Source: an uncultured virus (IMG/VR IMGVR_UViG_3300017747_000864)
Lineage: Duplodnaviria; Heunggongvirae; Uroviricota; Caudoviricetes
IMG/VR virus record: IMGVR_UViG_3300017747_000864
Direction: 5' to 3' (one strand)
DNA: 64,000 nt
Shown: positions 18,315-26,825 of the stretch, in pieces
Layout: the number at the start of each line of letters is the position of its first letter
Position numbering within the stretch: the stretch's first letter is position 1
Notes under the pieces: generated by a model
Seen by the model: the letters and a program-made list of their open reading frames with translations, nothing else
The model's database searches: none
What the model was told of the DNA's origin: nothing
Position numbers and translations under genes: made by a program

Positions 18315-19520
18315 ATGTTAGGCGAGAAACTTACACCCGAGCGCAAACTTCAGCGCGTCAAGATCAACCTGCTGCGTAACCCCAAGGTCGCCGTCATGTC
18401 TGGCATCTTGATGGTTGGCAGGACTTTCGTAGATGCAACGCTGCCGACTGCCCGAACCAACGGGCGGGACGAGTGGTACGGCGAGAAGTTCATCGCCACC
18501 CTCGACGAGCGGGAACTCGCGTTCGTCATCATGCACGAGGCATCACACAAGATGTACCGGCATCTGACCACGTGGAAGAAACTGCACGACGAGAACCACG
18601 AACTCGCCAATATGGCTTGCGACTACGTGATTAACCTCATGCTGCGTGATCTCGATCCGACCGAGACGTTCATGGCTATGCCCCGCAACAAAGACGGAAA
18701 GGTCATGGGCCTGATCGACGAGCGGTTCCGTGGCATGAACGCCAAGCAGGTGTTCGACATTCTCAAGCAGGAGCAAGAGAAGCGGGGCAGGGGCCAAGGG
18801 CAGGGTGAAGGTGAGGGCTTCGACGAGCATGACTGGGACGGGGCCAAGTTGTCCGAGGATGATGCCAAGGAGTTGGAGCGCGAGATCGACCAAGCCATTC
18901 GGCAAGGACTCATTGCCGAGCAGAAGGTGAAGGGTAACGGTCGCAGTGATCTCGCTCGTTCATTGGGTGAGTTGACTACGCCTAAGGTGGACTGGCGCGA
19001 GCAGATGCGTGAGTTCGTCAAGTCTGTGTGCGCTGGTAAGGATACGTCCTCATGGCGTAGGCCCAACCGTAGGTTCATCGGATCGGATATCTACCTGCCG
19101 ACGCTGGTGAGTGAGCGGGTCAACCGACTGGTCGTGGCTACCGATACTAGCGGCAGCATTGGCAACGCTGAACTGAACGCGGCAATGGCTGAGTTTGTGG
19201 GTATCTGCGATCAGGTTAAACCGGAGCACATTGATCTTCTGTACTGGGGTTCCCATGTCGCTGGTCACGAGACTTACGACGGCGCTGATGCCTCTAACAT
19301 TGTTAGTTCAACGCGCCCAATTGGAGGCGGTGGTACTTCGCCTTCGTGTATCACTGCGTACATCAAGGAGAAAAACTTGGATGCCGACTGTGTGGTTGTT
19401 TTCACAGACGGAGAGGTTGGGTCCGACTGGGGTGGAACTTGGCCTTGTCCCGTACTGTGGTGCGTCATTAACGGTAAGCAGGTTGCCACTACTGGCAAAA
19501 CTATTCACATCGCGGAGTAA
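18315..19520 (+). CDS. Metallopeptidase-VWA protein (DUF2201-like)
   Basis: HEASH zincin motif, NMACDYVIN, MIDAS DTSGS, GGGT, FTDG; start moved to ATG 18315. Confidence 0.85.
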   Translation: MLGEKLTPERKLQRVKINLLRNPKVAVMSGILMVGRTFVDATLPTARTNGRDEWYGEKFIATLDERELAFVIMHEASHKMYRHLTTWKKLHDENHELANMACDYVINLMLRDLDPTETFMAMPRNKDGKVMGLIDERFRGMNAKQVFDILKQEQEKRGRGQGQGEGEGFDEHDWDGAKLSEDDAKELEREIDQAIRQGLIAEQKVKGNGRSDLARSLGELTTPKVDWREQMREFVKSVCAGKDTSSWRRPNRRFIGSDIYLPTLVSERVNRLVVATDTSGSIGNAELNAAMAEFVGICDQVKPEHIDLLYWGSHVAGHETYDGADASNIVSSTRPIGGGGTSPSCITAYIKEKNLDADCVVVFTDGEVGSDWGGTWPCPVLWCVINGKQVATTGKTIHIAE

Positions 19521-19524
19521 CACC

Positions 19525-19758
19525 ATGACCAAAGCAGTCATCGACATTGGCTACAACAAGTACGTCCTCGACCTCAAGGATGCTGTCACTGTGCTTGAGA
19601 TGCTGGGCAAGGCGGAGAAGTACGAAACCAAGTGGGGCAAGGAGGGGGGTACATCTCACTACATCTACTCGCAGGAGGAGTCGATGGGGTCATTGTCTTT
19701 GCTGGGCGAGAACCTCTATCGCATGGCTAAGTTGGCGGGTAAGCCGCCCGCCGCCTAA
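19525..19758 (+). CDS. Hypothetical protein
   Basis: MTKAVIDIGY..., GGAG RBS; stop lies inside a palindrome copy. Confidence 0.75.
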   Translation: MTKAVIDIGYNKYVLDLKDAVTVLEMLGKAEKYETKWGKEGGTSHYIYSQEESMGSLSLLGENLYRMAKLAGKPPAA

Positions 19759-19811
19759 CAATGTTAGGCTTAGTAAAGTAACCACAACAAACTAAAGTAA
19801 ACGGAGTAACC

Positions 19812-20675
19812 ATGTCTATTACATCCAGCGCCGTCCTCGCCTCACTCAACATCAGTGTGTGGCCCGCATCCAAACTCGACCGTGAGGTGACCGATAAGGT
19901 CACAGCCGACGCCAACGCGAACGCCAACTCAGGGAAGTTCATCAAGGATCTTACTGCTGGCTCTAGCCTGCGTAAGGACATCGAGAAGTTTGCTGCCCAC
20001 TGCCGTGTCCGTCACCTTCGCTTTACTCTGCCTTGGGCAGACAAGGGCGAGCGGCTGCTGCCGACCAAACTGTTCCTTGAGTACAAGGCGTTCATCAACG
20101 AGAGCGAACAACGGTTCAACGACCTGTGCCAGCGATTCTTCGCGGACTACCCGCAACTGCTGGCTGACGCGCCAACCAACCTCGGCAAGTTCTACAAAGC
20201 GGATGACTACCCCCCGCTTGACGAGGTGCAGGGTCGGTTCGGTTTCCGTTATGTGTTCTCGCCGCTGCCTGATGCGGGGGACTTCCGACTGGATGTGGCT
20301 AACGAGGATCGTGAGTTCCTTGAAAGCAAGTACGCACAAGCGTACGAGACTCGGCTGGCCGACGCCATGCGTGAGCCGTGGGAGCGGCTGCACAAGATGC
20401 TTACGGACATGAGCATCAAACTTACGGACGAGCCGGACACTGACGACGACAAGCCCAAGAAGCGTTATCACGACACGCTGGTTACCAACGCTCAGGAACT
20501 GTGCGGACTGCTGACCAAACTCAACATAACCAACGACCCCAAGTTGGAGGAGGCACGCAAGCAACTGGAGGTAACAATGTTAGGGGCTGACATTGAAGTC
20601 ATCAAAGAATCTCCCGCTATCCGCGAGAGCATGAAGTCCAAGGTCGATGCCATCCTCGGCAAGTTCAATTGGTAA
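19812..20675 (+). CDS. DUF3150-like protein
   Basis: 287 aa; TLPW...GERLLP, YPPLDEV...F, LNITNDP; follows the AAA/VWA pair. Confidence 0.6.
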   Translation: MSITSSAVLASLNISVWPASKLDREVTDKVTADANANANSGKFIKDLTAGSSLRKDIEKFAAHCRVRHLRFTLPWADKGERLLPTKLFLEYKAFINESEQRFNDLCQRFFADYPQLLADAPTNLGKFYKADDYPPLDEVQGRFGFRYVFSPLPDAGDFRLDVANEDREFLESKYAQAYETRLADAMREPWERLHKMLTDMSIKLTDEPDTDDDKPKKRYHDTLVTNAQELCGLLTKLNITNDPKLEEARKQLEVTMLGADIEVIKESPAIRESMKSKVDAILGKFNW

Positions 20676-20685
20676 GGAGACAGTG

Positions 20686-21528
20686 ATGAACTCAAACACA
20701 CACAACACAGAAAAAACAATCATCGGCCACCCCAATGTGCTGATTGACAGTACGGATAAGCCCGAAGGGCGGAGCGTAGAGACTCACACCCTGATCTATG
20801 AAACTCTCTCACCTCTGCTGGAACTGCGCCCTTTGTGGAGGTTCGTAGGTACAGCGTTTTACCACGGCTACACCAACGTACTTACAGGCGTTCGCATCTT
20901 TGAAGGCGCGGAGATCCTCGGTGATGTGAGCGTCGAGTACAGCCGACGGGGTTACAAGGTCTGCGTTAAGAACCACAGGATTACCGGCAAGCAGGTAAGG
21001 GGGAAGGGCTACTTCACTGAAGATGCAGCAAGGGCTACCCTGCACATCCGCAAGAACTTCTATGCCCGTGACTCAAGCGAGTTGATTATTGCTGCTTCTC
21101 AACGTGCTGGGGTAGTGGCTTCCCGTGAATACAACATGAAAACCGCAGAGTTGAACGAGGCTAAGGTGGCGGTATACACCAAAGCGAAAGCGTTCGTCCG
21201 TGTCAGAGAGGAGGAGTATTTCTCGATGTTCCCTGAACTTCTACCTGCTAGAGCTAGGAGAGAGGTTGCCACTGCGATGTTCAATGTAGTGAGTTCCGTT
21301 AATGAGGCGCTGGTTTCCAACAAAGCAACACTTGTGGTATTAAATGGCGACCAATACTTAACACGAACAGAGGGAGCGGTAACTCGCTACACACATGAGA
21401 CGCTGCCTGAGCACATGCGAACCAAGTTGGGCTTGCTGAAATTGGTGCAGGACAAGCAGATGGTGTCGGATGTCGGCTGCAAAGTTGACGCCGTTACTTT
21501 CGTACTTCTTCCTCAGGGAGATGCATGA
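20686..21528 (+). CDS. Hypothetical protein
   Basis: AAGGAG RBS; ~280 aa. Confidence 0.75.
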   Translation: MNSNTHNTEKTIIGHPNVLIDSTDKPEGRSVETHTLIYETLSPLLELRPLWRFVGTAFYHGYTNVLTGVRIFEGAEILGDVSVEYSRRGYKVCVKNHRITGKQVRGKGYFTEDAARATLHIRKNFYARDSSELIIAASQRAGVVASREYNMKTAELNEAKVAVYTKAKAFVRVREEEYFSMFPELLPARARREVATAMFNVVSSVNEALVSNKATLVVLNGDQYLTRTEGAVTRYTHETLPEHMRTKLGLLKLVQDKQMVSDVGCKVDAVTFVLLPQGDA

Positions 21529-21689
21529 TGAGAACGGGAATGCTTAAACATGTGCGTGAGTTGTTTGCTGTGGACTATGTACCCAAGCACACACAACGAC
21601 ACAATCAGAGGCAGTGGGTTCGAGCGGTTCGTCAGTTGGGGGATCGCTGGATTCTTGCTAAGTCGGCGCACATCCAGCGTCGTACATAA
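21525..21689 (+). CDS. Small basic protein (54 aa, not in ORF track)
   Basis: MMRTGMLKHVRELF...NQRQWVRAVRQLGDRWILAK; GGAG RBS and ATGA overlap. Confidence 0.7.
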   Translation: MMRTGMLKHVRELFAVDYVPKHTQRHNQRQWVRAVRQLGDRWILAKSAHIQRRT

Positions 21690-21736
21690 CCACAGGCGGG
21701 GGTTCGCCCCTGCCTAACATTGTTAGGGGTAAGTGT

Positions 21737-21943
21737 ATGGATGAACCTGAAGTTGTTGTACCAAAGAAGAAAGGGCGTGGTCCCGGCAAGAAGCCCGCTC
21801 TGTTCTGCACGAGCATCCGCTTGAACCGAGAGGTGATGGACTATTTCTCCCAGCACCACAGCAAGGATAAGCAAGCGAAGATGAGAGAAGTCTTGACCGA
21901 GTACGTTAATAAACAAACCCAAGGAGCTAATCATGAAGCGTAA
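21737..21943 (+). CDS. BrnA-antitoxin-like ribbon-helix-helix protein
   Basis: KGRGPGKKP...TSIRLNREVMDYF...QAKMREVLTEYV resembles the BrnA C-terminal RHH. Confidence 0.6.
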   Translation: MDEPEVVVPKKKGRGPGKKPALFCTSIRLNREVMDYFSQHHSKDKQAKMREVLTEYVNKQTQGANHEA

Positions 21944-22343
21944 GTACGGAGCGATTGCTGAGCGTATCCGCGCCTATATCACAGCGCACCCCGATGCCAA
22001 ACCTAACGAAGTGGCGGCTGCGGTTAAGTGCAAGGTCAGTAACGTGTACGCATATAAGTACAAGAAGGCAAAGGTAGAGCCTGTTAAAGCACTTAAGCCC
22101 CAATGGCGTGTGGTCGCCGCACTTACCAGCGACAAGAGCATTGCCGAAGTTGCGCCCGTGCAATCTCTTATGCCGGGGCCGGTGACCGAGCAGTTCCTCA
22201 AGGCGGCGCTCTCTGCGGAGCAGTTGGCTGGATTCTACCGTGGTTGCCTGATCGTACATCTCGCAGGCGGTACGGCCATTGATGCCGCTTGCGCCAAGTG
22301 GTATGCTGGGAAACTGCAAGAGGAAGTGGCCTCTCGCAGCTAG
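21933..22343 (+). CDS. Putative DNA-binding protein (N-terminal HTH-like)
   Basis: IRAYI...PDAKPNEVAAAVKCKVSNVY. Confidence 0.55.
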   Translation: MKRKYGAIAERIRAYITAHPDAKPNEVAAAVKCKVSNVYAYKYKKAKVEPVKALKPQWRVVAALTSDKSIAEVAPVQSLMPGPVTEQFLKAALSAEQLAGFYRGCLIVHLAGGTAIDAACAKWYAGKLQEEVASRS

Positions 22344-22369
22344 TGGTTGGTTGCATGGTTGGATCGAGT

Positions 22370-22401
22370 AGCCCCGACGCTTCGGCCTCGGGGCTTTTTT
22401 T
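22370..22401 (+). terminator. Rho-independent terminator ending the early region
   Basis: AGCCCCGA...TCGGGGCT stem, TTCG loop, T run. Confidence 0.8.
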
Positions 22402-22440
22402 CGGCCTAACATTGTTAGGCCATGTACCAGTTCCCGGTCC

Positions 22441-22469
22441 TTGACTTTGTCAAGAGATGGGCGTACACT
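22441..22469 (+). promoter_or_regulatory. Putative middle promoter with palindrome over the -35
   Basis: TTGACT-17 nt-TACACT; TTGACTTTGTCAA inverted repeat. Confidence 0.6.
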
Positions 22470-22475
22470 CCTATC

Positions 22476-22781
22476 ATGCCTGCCACCCCCGAATCCAAAG
22501 TCAAGGCCAAGATCAAGGCGATCCTAGCCAAGCACGGTGTTTACTACGCCATGCCCATCGGCACGATGTATGGCAACAGCGGCGTCCCTGACTTCCTGTG
22601 CTGCGTGGCGGGGCGTTTCCTCGCGGTAGAGGCTAAGGCAGGCAAGGGGCGAACGACAGCCCTGCAAGACAAGCACATAGAGCAGATCAACAAACTGGGC
22701 GGTACGGCGCTGACTATCAACGAGCACAACCTGCCCTTGCTTGAGCAGACCATAACCGAACTACAGAGAGGCCCATTCTGA
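22476..22781 (+). CDS. VRR-NUC domain nuclease (putative Holliday junction resolvase)
   Basis: PESKVK...GVPD...FLAVEAK...LQ...GG. Confidence 0.85.
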   Translation: MPATPESKVKAKIKAILAKHGVYYAMPIGTMYGNSGVPDFLCCVAGRFLAVEAKAGKGRTTALQDKHIEQINKLGGTALTINEHNLPLLEQTITELQRGPF

Positions 22782-23005
22782 TGCTGCGAGATGCGGTACG
22801 CATACTGGTCGAGCGCATGCGAAGCCATCCAGAGGAGTTCAATTCTGGCGGCAGATTCTTTTGGATTATCCAAGCACACACAGATGGGAGGCTGGATTTT
22901 TTGACTGAAGCCGAGCGACAGGCTTTTAAACAAGTACTCGACGCCATGCGATACGAAGCCTTCCACAACACTATTTTTTCTTCAGTGCTAGAAGCTAGAC
23001 GATGA
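22781..23005 (+). CDS. Hypothetical protein
   Basis: 74 aa, translationally coupled on both sides. Confidence 0.7.
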   Translation: MLRDAVRILVERMRSHPEEFNSGGRFFWIIQAHTDGRLDFLTEAERQAFKQVLDAMRYEAFHNTIFSSVLEARR

Positions 23006-24825
23006 ACGTATTGACGATTGATTTTGAGACGTTTTACAGCACTGAGTACAGCCTGACCAAGCTGACTACTGAGGAATACATAAGGGGTGATGAGTTTGAG
23101 GTAATCGGGGTATCGGTGCAGGTCAACGACGGCGAGCCTGAGTGGTTCTCGGGTACGCATAGTGAGACTAAGGCGTTCCTTCACAAGTTCAACTTTGCCG
23201 ACAACATCGCGTTAGCGCACAACGCCATGTTCGATGCGGCCATTCTCTCGTGGCAGTTTGATATCACGCCGAAGCGGTGGATGGACACGCTCAGCATGGC
23301 TCGGGCGCTGCACGGCACGGAAGTCGGTGGCAGTCTGAAAGCATTGGCCGAGCGGTACAAGTTGGGGGTCAAGGGTACGGAGGTAGTTAACGCGAAGGGG
23401 AAACGCCGACTGGATTTCTCCGCTACGGATCTGAGCCGCTATGCAGAGTATTGCTGCAACGACACGGCACTTACGTATGCGCTGATGCTCCGACTGATGC
23501 CTGAGTTTCCGCCCGTGGAACTGAAGCTGATCGACCTCACCATTCGGATGTTCTCCGAGCCTCAACTCCACCTGAGCACCAGCGTACTCAACTCGCATCT
23601 GAAGTCTGTGCAGCACAGGAAGCAGCAGTTGATGGACGGGATGCTGATGCAGGGGTACGCGAAAGAGGATTTGATGAGCAACCCCAAGTTGGCTCAGATC
23701 CTTACGAGCCTAGGGGTAAAGCCTCCCATGAAGGTGAGTCTTACTACTGGTAAAGAGACGTATGCGTTTGCCAAGAACGACGATGAGTTCAAAGCCCTGC
23801 TTGAGCATGAGTCCCCTTTAGTTCAAGCGATAGTCTCTGCACGTTTGGGGGTGAAGTCCACGCTTGAGGAAACTCGCACCGAGCGTTTCATTGGTATCGC
23901 TAACCGTGGCCCCATGCCCGTGCCTTTGCGTTACTACGCTGCCCACACTGGACGATGGGGTGGTGACGACAAACTCAATCTACAGAATCTACCTAGAGGG
24001 TCTGCGCTCAAGCATGCCATCGTCGCCCCGCTTGGCTATGTGATCTGCGACTCTGACTCATCTCAGATTGAAGCACGTACGCTGGCATGGCTAGCCGATC
24101 AGGATGATTTGGTCGAGGCGTTTGAAAACGGGCAGGACGTATACAAGATCATGGCGTCCGCTATTTACAACAAACCTGAGGCTGACATTACTAAGGATGA
24201 ACGGTTCGTTGGTAAGACCACGATTCTTGGTAGCGGCTACGGTATGGGGGCTATCAAGTTCAAGGCTCAGCTTAAGAACTTCGCCGTGGAGATTGACGAG
24301 ACGGAAGCGCAGCGCATCATTGACACGTACCGAACTACTTATCCTGCTATCCCCAAACTCTGGCGTAAATGCGGCGAAGTATTGGACTGGATCTCCTCGG
24401 ACAAGGTGGGCTATTTCGGGCGGGACAAGCTGCTCAAGGTAGAGGGTAAGAGCGGTATCCGCCTGCCGAACGGGCTGTACATGCGCTACCCAAACCTTAG
24501 GAAGGTTAAGAACGAGAGCACGGGTGAGTTTGAGTATGTGTACGACTCACGCAAAGGCGTAAACAAGATATACGGAGGGAAAGTTGTAGAGAACGTCTGT
24601 CAAGCGTTGGCTAGGATTGTGATCGGTGAGCAGATGCTCATGATCGCCAAGAAGTACAAGGTGGTGATGACCGTGCATGACGCTGTTGCCTGTCTTATCC
24701 CGCAACAGGAGGCAAGTAACGGTAAAGAGTACGTCGAGTTGTGCATGCGTCTGCGCCCCAAATGGGCAGCGGATCTTCCGCTTAACTGTGAAGCCGGAGT
24801 CGGCCATGACTACGGCGAATGCTAG
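23002..24825 (+). CDS. polA: DNA polymerase family A with 3'-5' exonuclease
   Basis: ExoI IDFET, ExoII HNAMFD, ExoIII YCCND; HTGRWGG, motif A DSSQIEAR, motif B R...KTTILGSGYG, motif C TVHD. Confidence 0.93.
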   Translation: MNVLTIDFETFYSTEYSLTKLTTEEYIRGDEFEVIGVSVQVNDGEPEWFSGTHSETKAFLHKFNFADNIALAHNAMFDAAILSWQFDITPKRWMDTLSMARALHGTEVGGSLKALAERYKLGVKGTEVVNAKGKRRLDFSATDLSRYAEYCCNDTALTYALMLRLMPEFPPVELKLIDLTIRMFSEPQLHLSTSVLNSHLKSVQHRKQQLMDGMLMQGYAKEDLMSNPKLAQILTSLGVKPPMKVSLTTGKETYAFAKNDDEFKALLEHESPLVQAIVSARLGVKSTLEETRTERFIGIANRGPMPVPLRYYAAHTGRWGGDDKLNLQNLPRGSALKHAIVAPLGYVICDSDSSQIEARTLAWLADQDDLVEAFENGQDVYKIMASAIYNKPEADITKDERFVGKTTILGSGYGMGAIKFKAQLKNFAVEIDETEAQRIIDTYRTTYPAIPKLWRKCGEVLDWISSDKVGYFGRDKLLKVEGKSGIRLPNGLYMRYPNLRKVKNESTGEFEYVYDSRKGVNKIYGGKVVENVCQALARIVIGEQMLMIAKKYKVVMTVHDAVACLIPQQEASNGKEYVELCMRLRPKWAADLPLNCEAGVGHDYGEC

Positions 24826-24832
24826 GACTGAT

Positions 24833-25024
24833 ATGAACGTAATTGATTATTCGGAACCCATGCTGAAACTGAAGCAAGCAGTGCTTGCTGCGGAGAAAGC
24901 TCTGCTTGAGAAAGATTGGGACACAGCTTCGGCTGCACTGGTTGACGCAGTTGTAGAGCTTCGACTGCTCAAAGCCAACGTAGAGTTGGTAAAAGAGAAC
25001 AACGGGTTACCGTACCAAGTATGA
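24833..25024 (+). CDS. Hypothetical protein
   Basis: MNVIDYSEPML..., AGGA RBS. Confidence 0.65.
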   Translation: MNVIDYSEPMLKLKQAVLAAEKALLEKDWDTASAALVDAVVELRLLKANVELVKENNGLPYQV

Positions 25025-25233
25025 AAAAAGTAGCGGTCGGCCAGACAGTTATGTGTGAAGGCTACAAAGGCGTAGTCGAAACTATCCGCGATGGGGATTG
25101 GGTTGTAGTGATTCTTCGTGGCACTGATGGCTGGCCGTTCCCTACACGGAAGTTATTTAAAGTGCGTGACCTGAGACGGTTCAGTAAGAAGCGAACGCAG
25201 TCCGACACAGAGTTTGAAGAGGCACCGTGGTGA
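25021..25233 (+). CDS. Small SH3-like hypothetical protein
   Basis: VGQTV...GVVETI; coupled overlaps. Confidence 0.6.
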   Translation: MKKVAVGQTVMCEGYKGVVETIRDGDWVVVILRGTDGWPFPTRKLFKVRDLRRFSKKRTQSDTEFEEAPW

Positions 25234-25490
25234 GAAGCACAAGGGCTAAGGCAGATCTTGAGGAAGTTGTTGCTGATTTGATGGCATCAATTGGATGGAT
25301 CCGAGATGAGATTGGTATTGGTAGTCAAAAGATTGACTCGCGTACAGAGGAGCATATGGCGCACATCGAGACGTTCTGCGCGATTGCTATCCGGGTTCTT
25401 CGTAAGACCAATCCCAGCAAGATCCGAGATGCCGCTATGGCAGAAGAAATCTCTGCGAGGCTGGACGGGAGGGGGGTGATCGAAGAATGA
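25227..25490 (+). CDS. Hypothetical protein
   Basis: ~87 aa, coupled overlaps. Confidence 0.6.
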   Translation: MVRSTRAKADLEEVVADLMASIGWIRDEIGIGSQKIDSRTEEHMAHIETFCAIAIRVLRKTNPSKIRDAAMAEEISARLDGRGVIEE

Positions 25491-25651
25491 GTATCTGTGC
25501 TCAGTGTAGTGAATGGGGGTCGAAGGTTCTAGAGACACGCAAGCAAGACAACGGATGGCTGTCCCGACGCAGGCGCTGCAAGTGCGGCAATGTATGGTGG
25601 ACTTACGAGATCCCGGCAAGCAACGTAACTGTTAACGAGGAAGAGGAATGA
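25487..25651 (+). CDS. NrdR N-terminal-like zinc-ribbon protein (54 aa, not in ORF track)
   Basis: MSICAQC...KVLETR...RRRRCKCGNVWWTYE; ATGA overlaps at both ends. Confidence 0.75.
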   Translation: MSICAQCSEWGSKVLETRKQDNGWLSRRRRCKCGNVWWTYEIPASNVTVNEEEE

Positions 25652-25878
25652 AACTCTCGCCCCATCAGATCTTCATGCTGAAGATGTTTGAGAAAGGCTG
25701 GGGGTTCAAGATGTTCAACAGCAAGCGCGGTTCGTGGATGACGTACTGGTCGCTGCGTACCCGAGGGCTGATTGGCAATGGCCCCACCGTTCACCGTGCT
25801 GGCAACCTTGTTGCCGTTGATCGACTGACTGACAAAGGGCGAGCAGTGCTTGCTAAGTTAAAGGAGAAGGAGAAATGA
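25648..25878 (+). CDS. Small winged-helix-like hypothetical protein
   Basis: SLRTRGLI...LTDKGRAVL. Confidence 0.6.
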   Translation: MKLSPHQIFMLKMFEKGWGFKMFNSKRGSWMTYWSLRTRGLIGNGPTVHRAGNLVAVDRLTDKGRAVLAKLKEKEK

Positions 25879-26090
25879 CCCGCGACGACATCATCCGCAT
25901 GGCGCGTGAGGCCGAGTTGCACTGCCACGTTAAATTGACTGAGCACGGCCTCTTCACCGAAGACCTTGAGTATTTTGCCAACCTTGTCGCTTCTGCCGAG
26001 CGTGAGGCGTGTGCGAAGTTGTGCGACGGATGGACACATGCAGACGGCGATGCTTGCGCTGAAGCCATCCGCGCAAGGGGAGAAAAATGA
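25875..26090 (+). CDS. Hypothetical phage protein
   Basis: MTRDDIIRMAREA...AEREACAKLC...AIRARG. Confidence 0.75.
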   Translation: MTRDDIIRMAREAELHCHVKLTEHGLFTEDLEYFANLVASAEREACAKLCDGWTHADGDACAEAIRARGEK

Positions 26091-26470
26091 CTAAAGACAC
26101 CGTGCAAGTAAATCGTGATGTGCTTGTTCAGGCGCTGGAGGCGTTGGATGCTTACTCATGGGAACAGGTAGACGCAGCGAGAACCGCCCTCCGCGCCGCA
26201 CTGGCAGACCAACCCCAGACAACCCACTGGCAAGGTTGCGAGGAGGTGCATCCTGAGTGTGCGATTGCCGAGGTCGAGCGGCTGCGGCGTGGCAAAAAGG
26301 CGATTGCCGACTACGTCGAAGAGCAGTATCCCGACCGCGAGGCGCTCAAGGCACCAACCAAGTCTTGGGCAGAACTGGAGAAGAAGTACCAAGCGGGCTG
26401 CGACCACTGTAATCACCCCTTGTACGCAGGCATCAAGTGCGGCGTATGTGGCCGGTGGACGGATAAATGA
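26087..26470 (+). CDS. Hypothetical protein with C-terminal Zn ribbon
   Basis: QALEAL N-terminus; CDHC...CGVC. Confidence 0.7.
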   Translation: MTKDTVQVNRDVLVQALEALDAYSWEQVDAARTALRAALADQPQTTHWQGCEEVHPECAIAEVERLRRGKKAIADYVEEQYPDREALKAPTKSWAELEKKYQAGCDHCNHPLYAGIKCGVCGRWTDK

Positions 26471-26658
26471 GCGAGAACCGCAACATGCCCGCAGCCAGCG
26501 GCGTCGTGTACTGGCGCGAGCCGCAAGACGAACCGCCACCCAGAGGAGTGAAACTGCTCATCCTCACATCCGGTGGTGTCGCCGTTTTTGGTGATTGGAT
26601 GGACGATTCAAACTTCGTGGCGTGGTCGCCGCTGCCAAAGAGGAGGGGTAAAAGATGA
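26467..26658 (+). CDS. DUF551-like small protein
   Basis: W...EPPP.G...AWSPLP. Confidence 0.6.
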   Translation: MSENRNMPAASGVVYWREPQDEPPPRGVKLLILTSGGVAVFGDWMDDSNFVAWSPLPKRRGKR

Positions 26659-26825
26659 GCATCACAGACAAACTTGTTTTAGTAATTCTCGCTGTAGCCG
26701 TGGCAATCACCGTCGCCCTCATTCCGCGAGCGCCGAGTGACCCCTGCGGCGTGGCTGAGTTTGCACCTGACGTACCACAACACATTAAAGAGCAGTGCCG
26801 TCAACACAGGAGAGTGAAGACATGA
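26655..26825 (+). CDS. Small membrane-anchored protein (56 aa, not in ORF track)
   Basis: MSITDKLVLVILAVAVAITVALIP...CGVAEFAPD...KEQCR; ATGA overlaps at both ends. Confidence 0.7.
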   Translation: MSITDKLVLVILAVAVAITVALIPRAPSDPCGVAEFAPDVPQHIKEQCRQHRRVKT

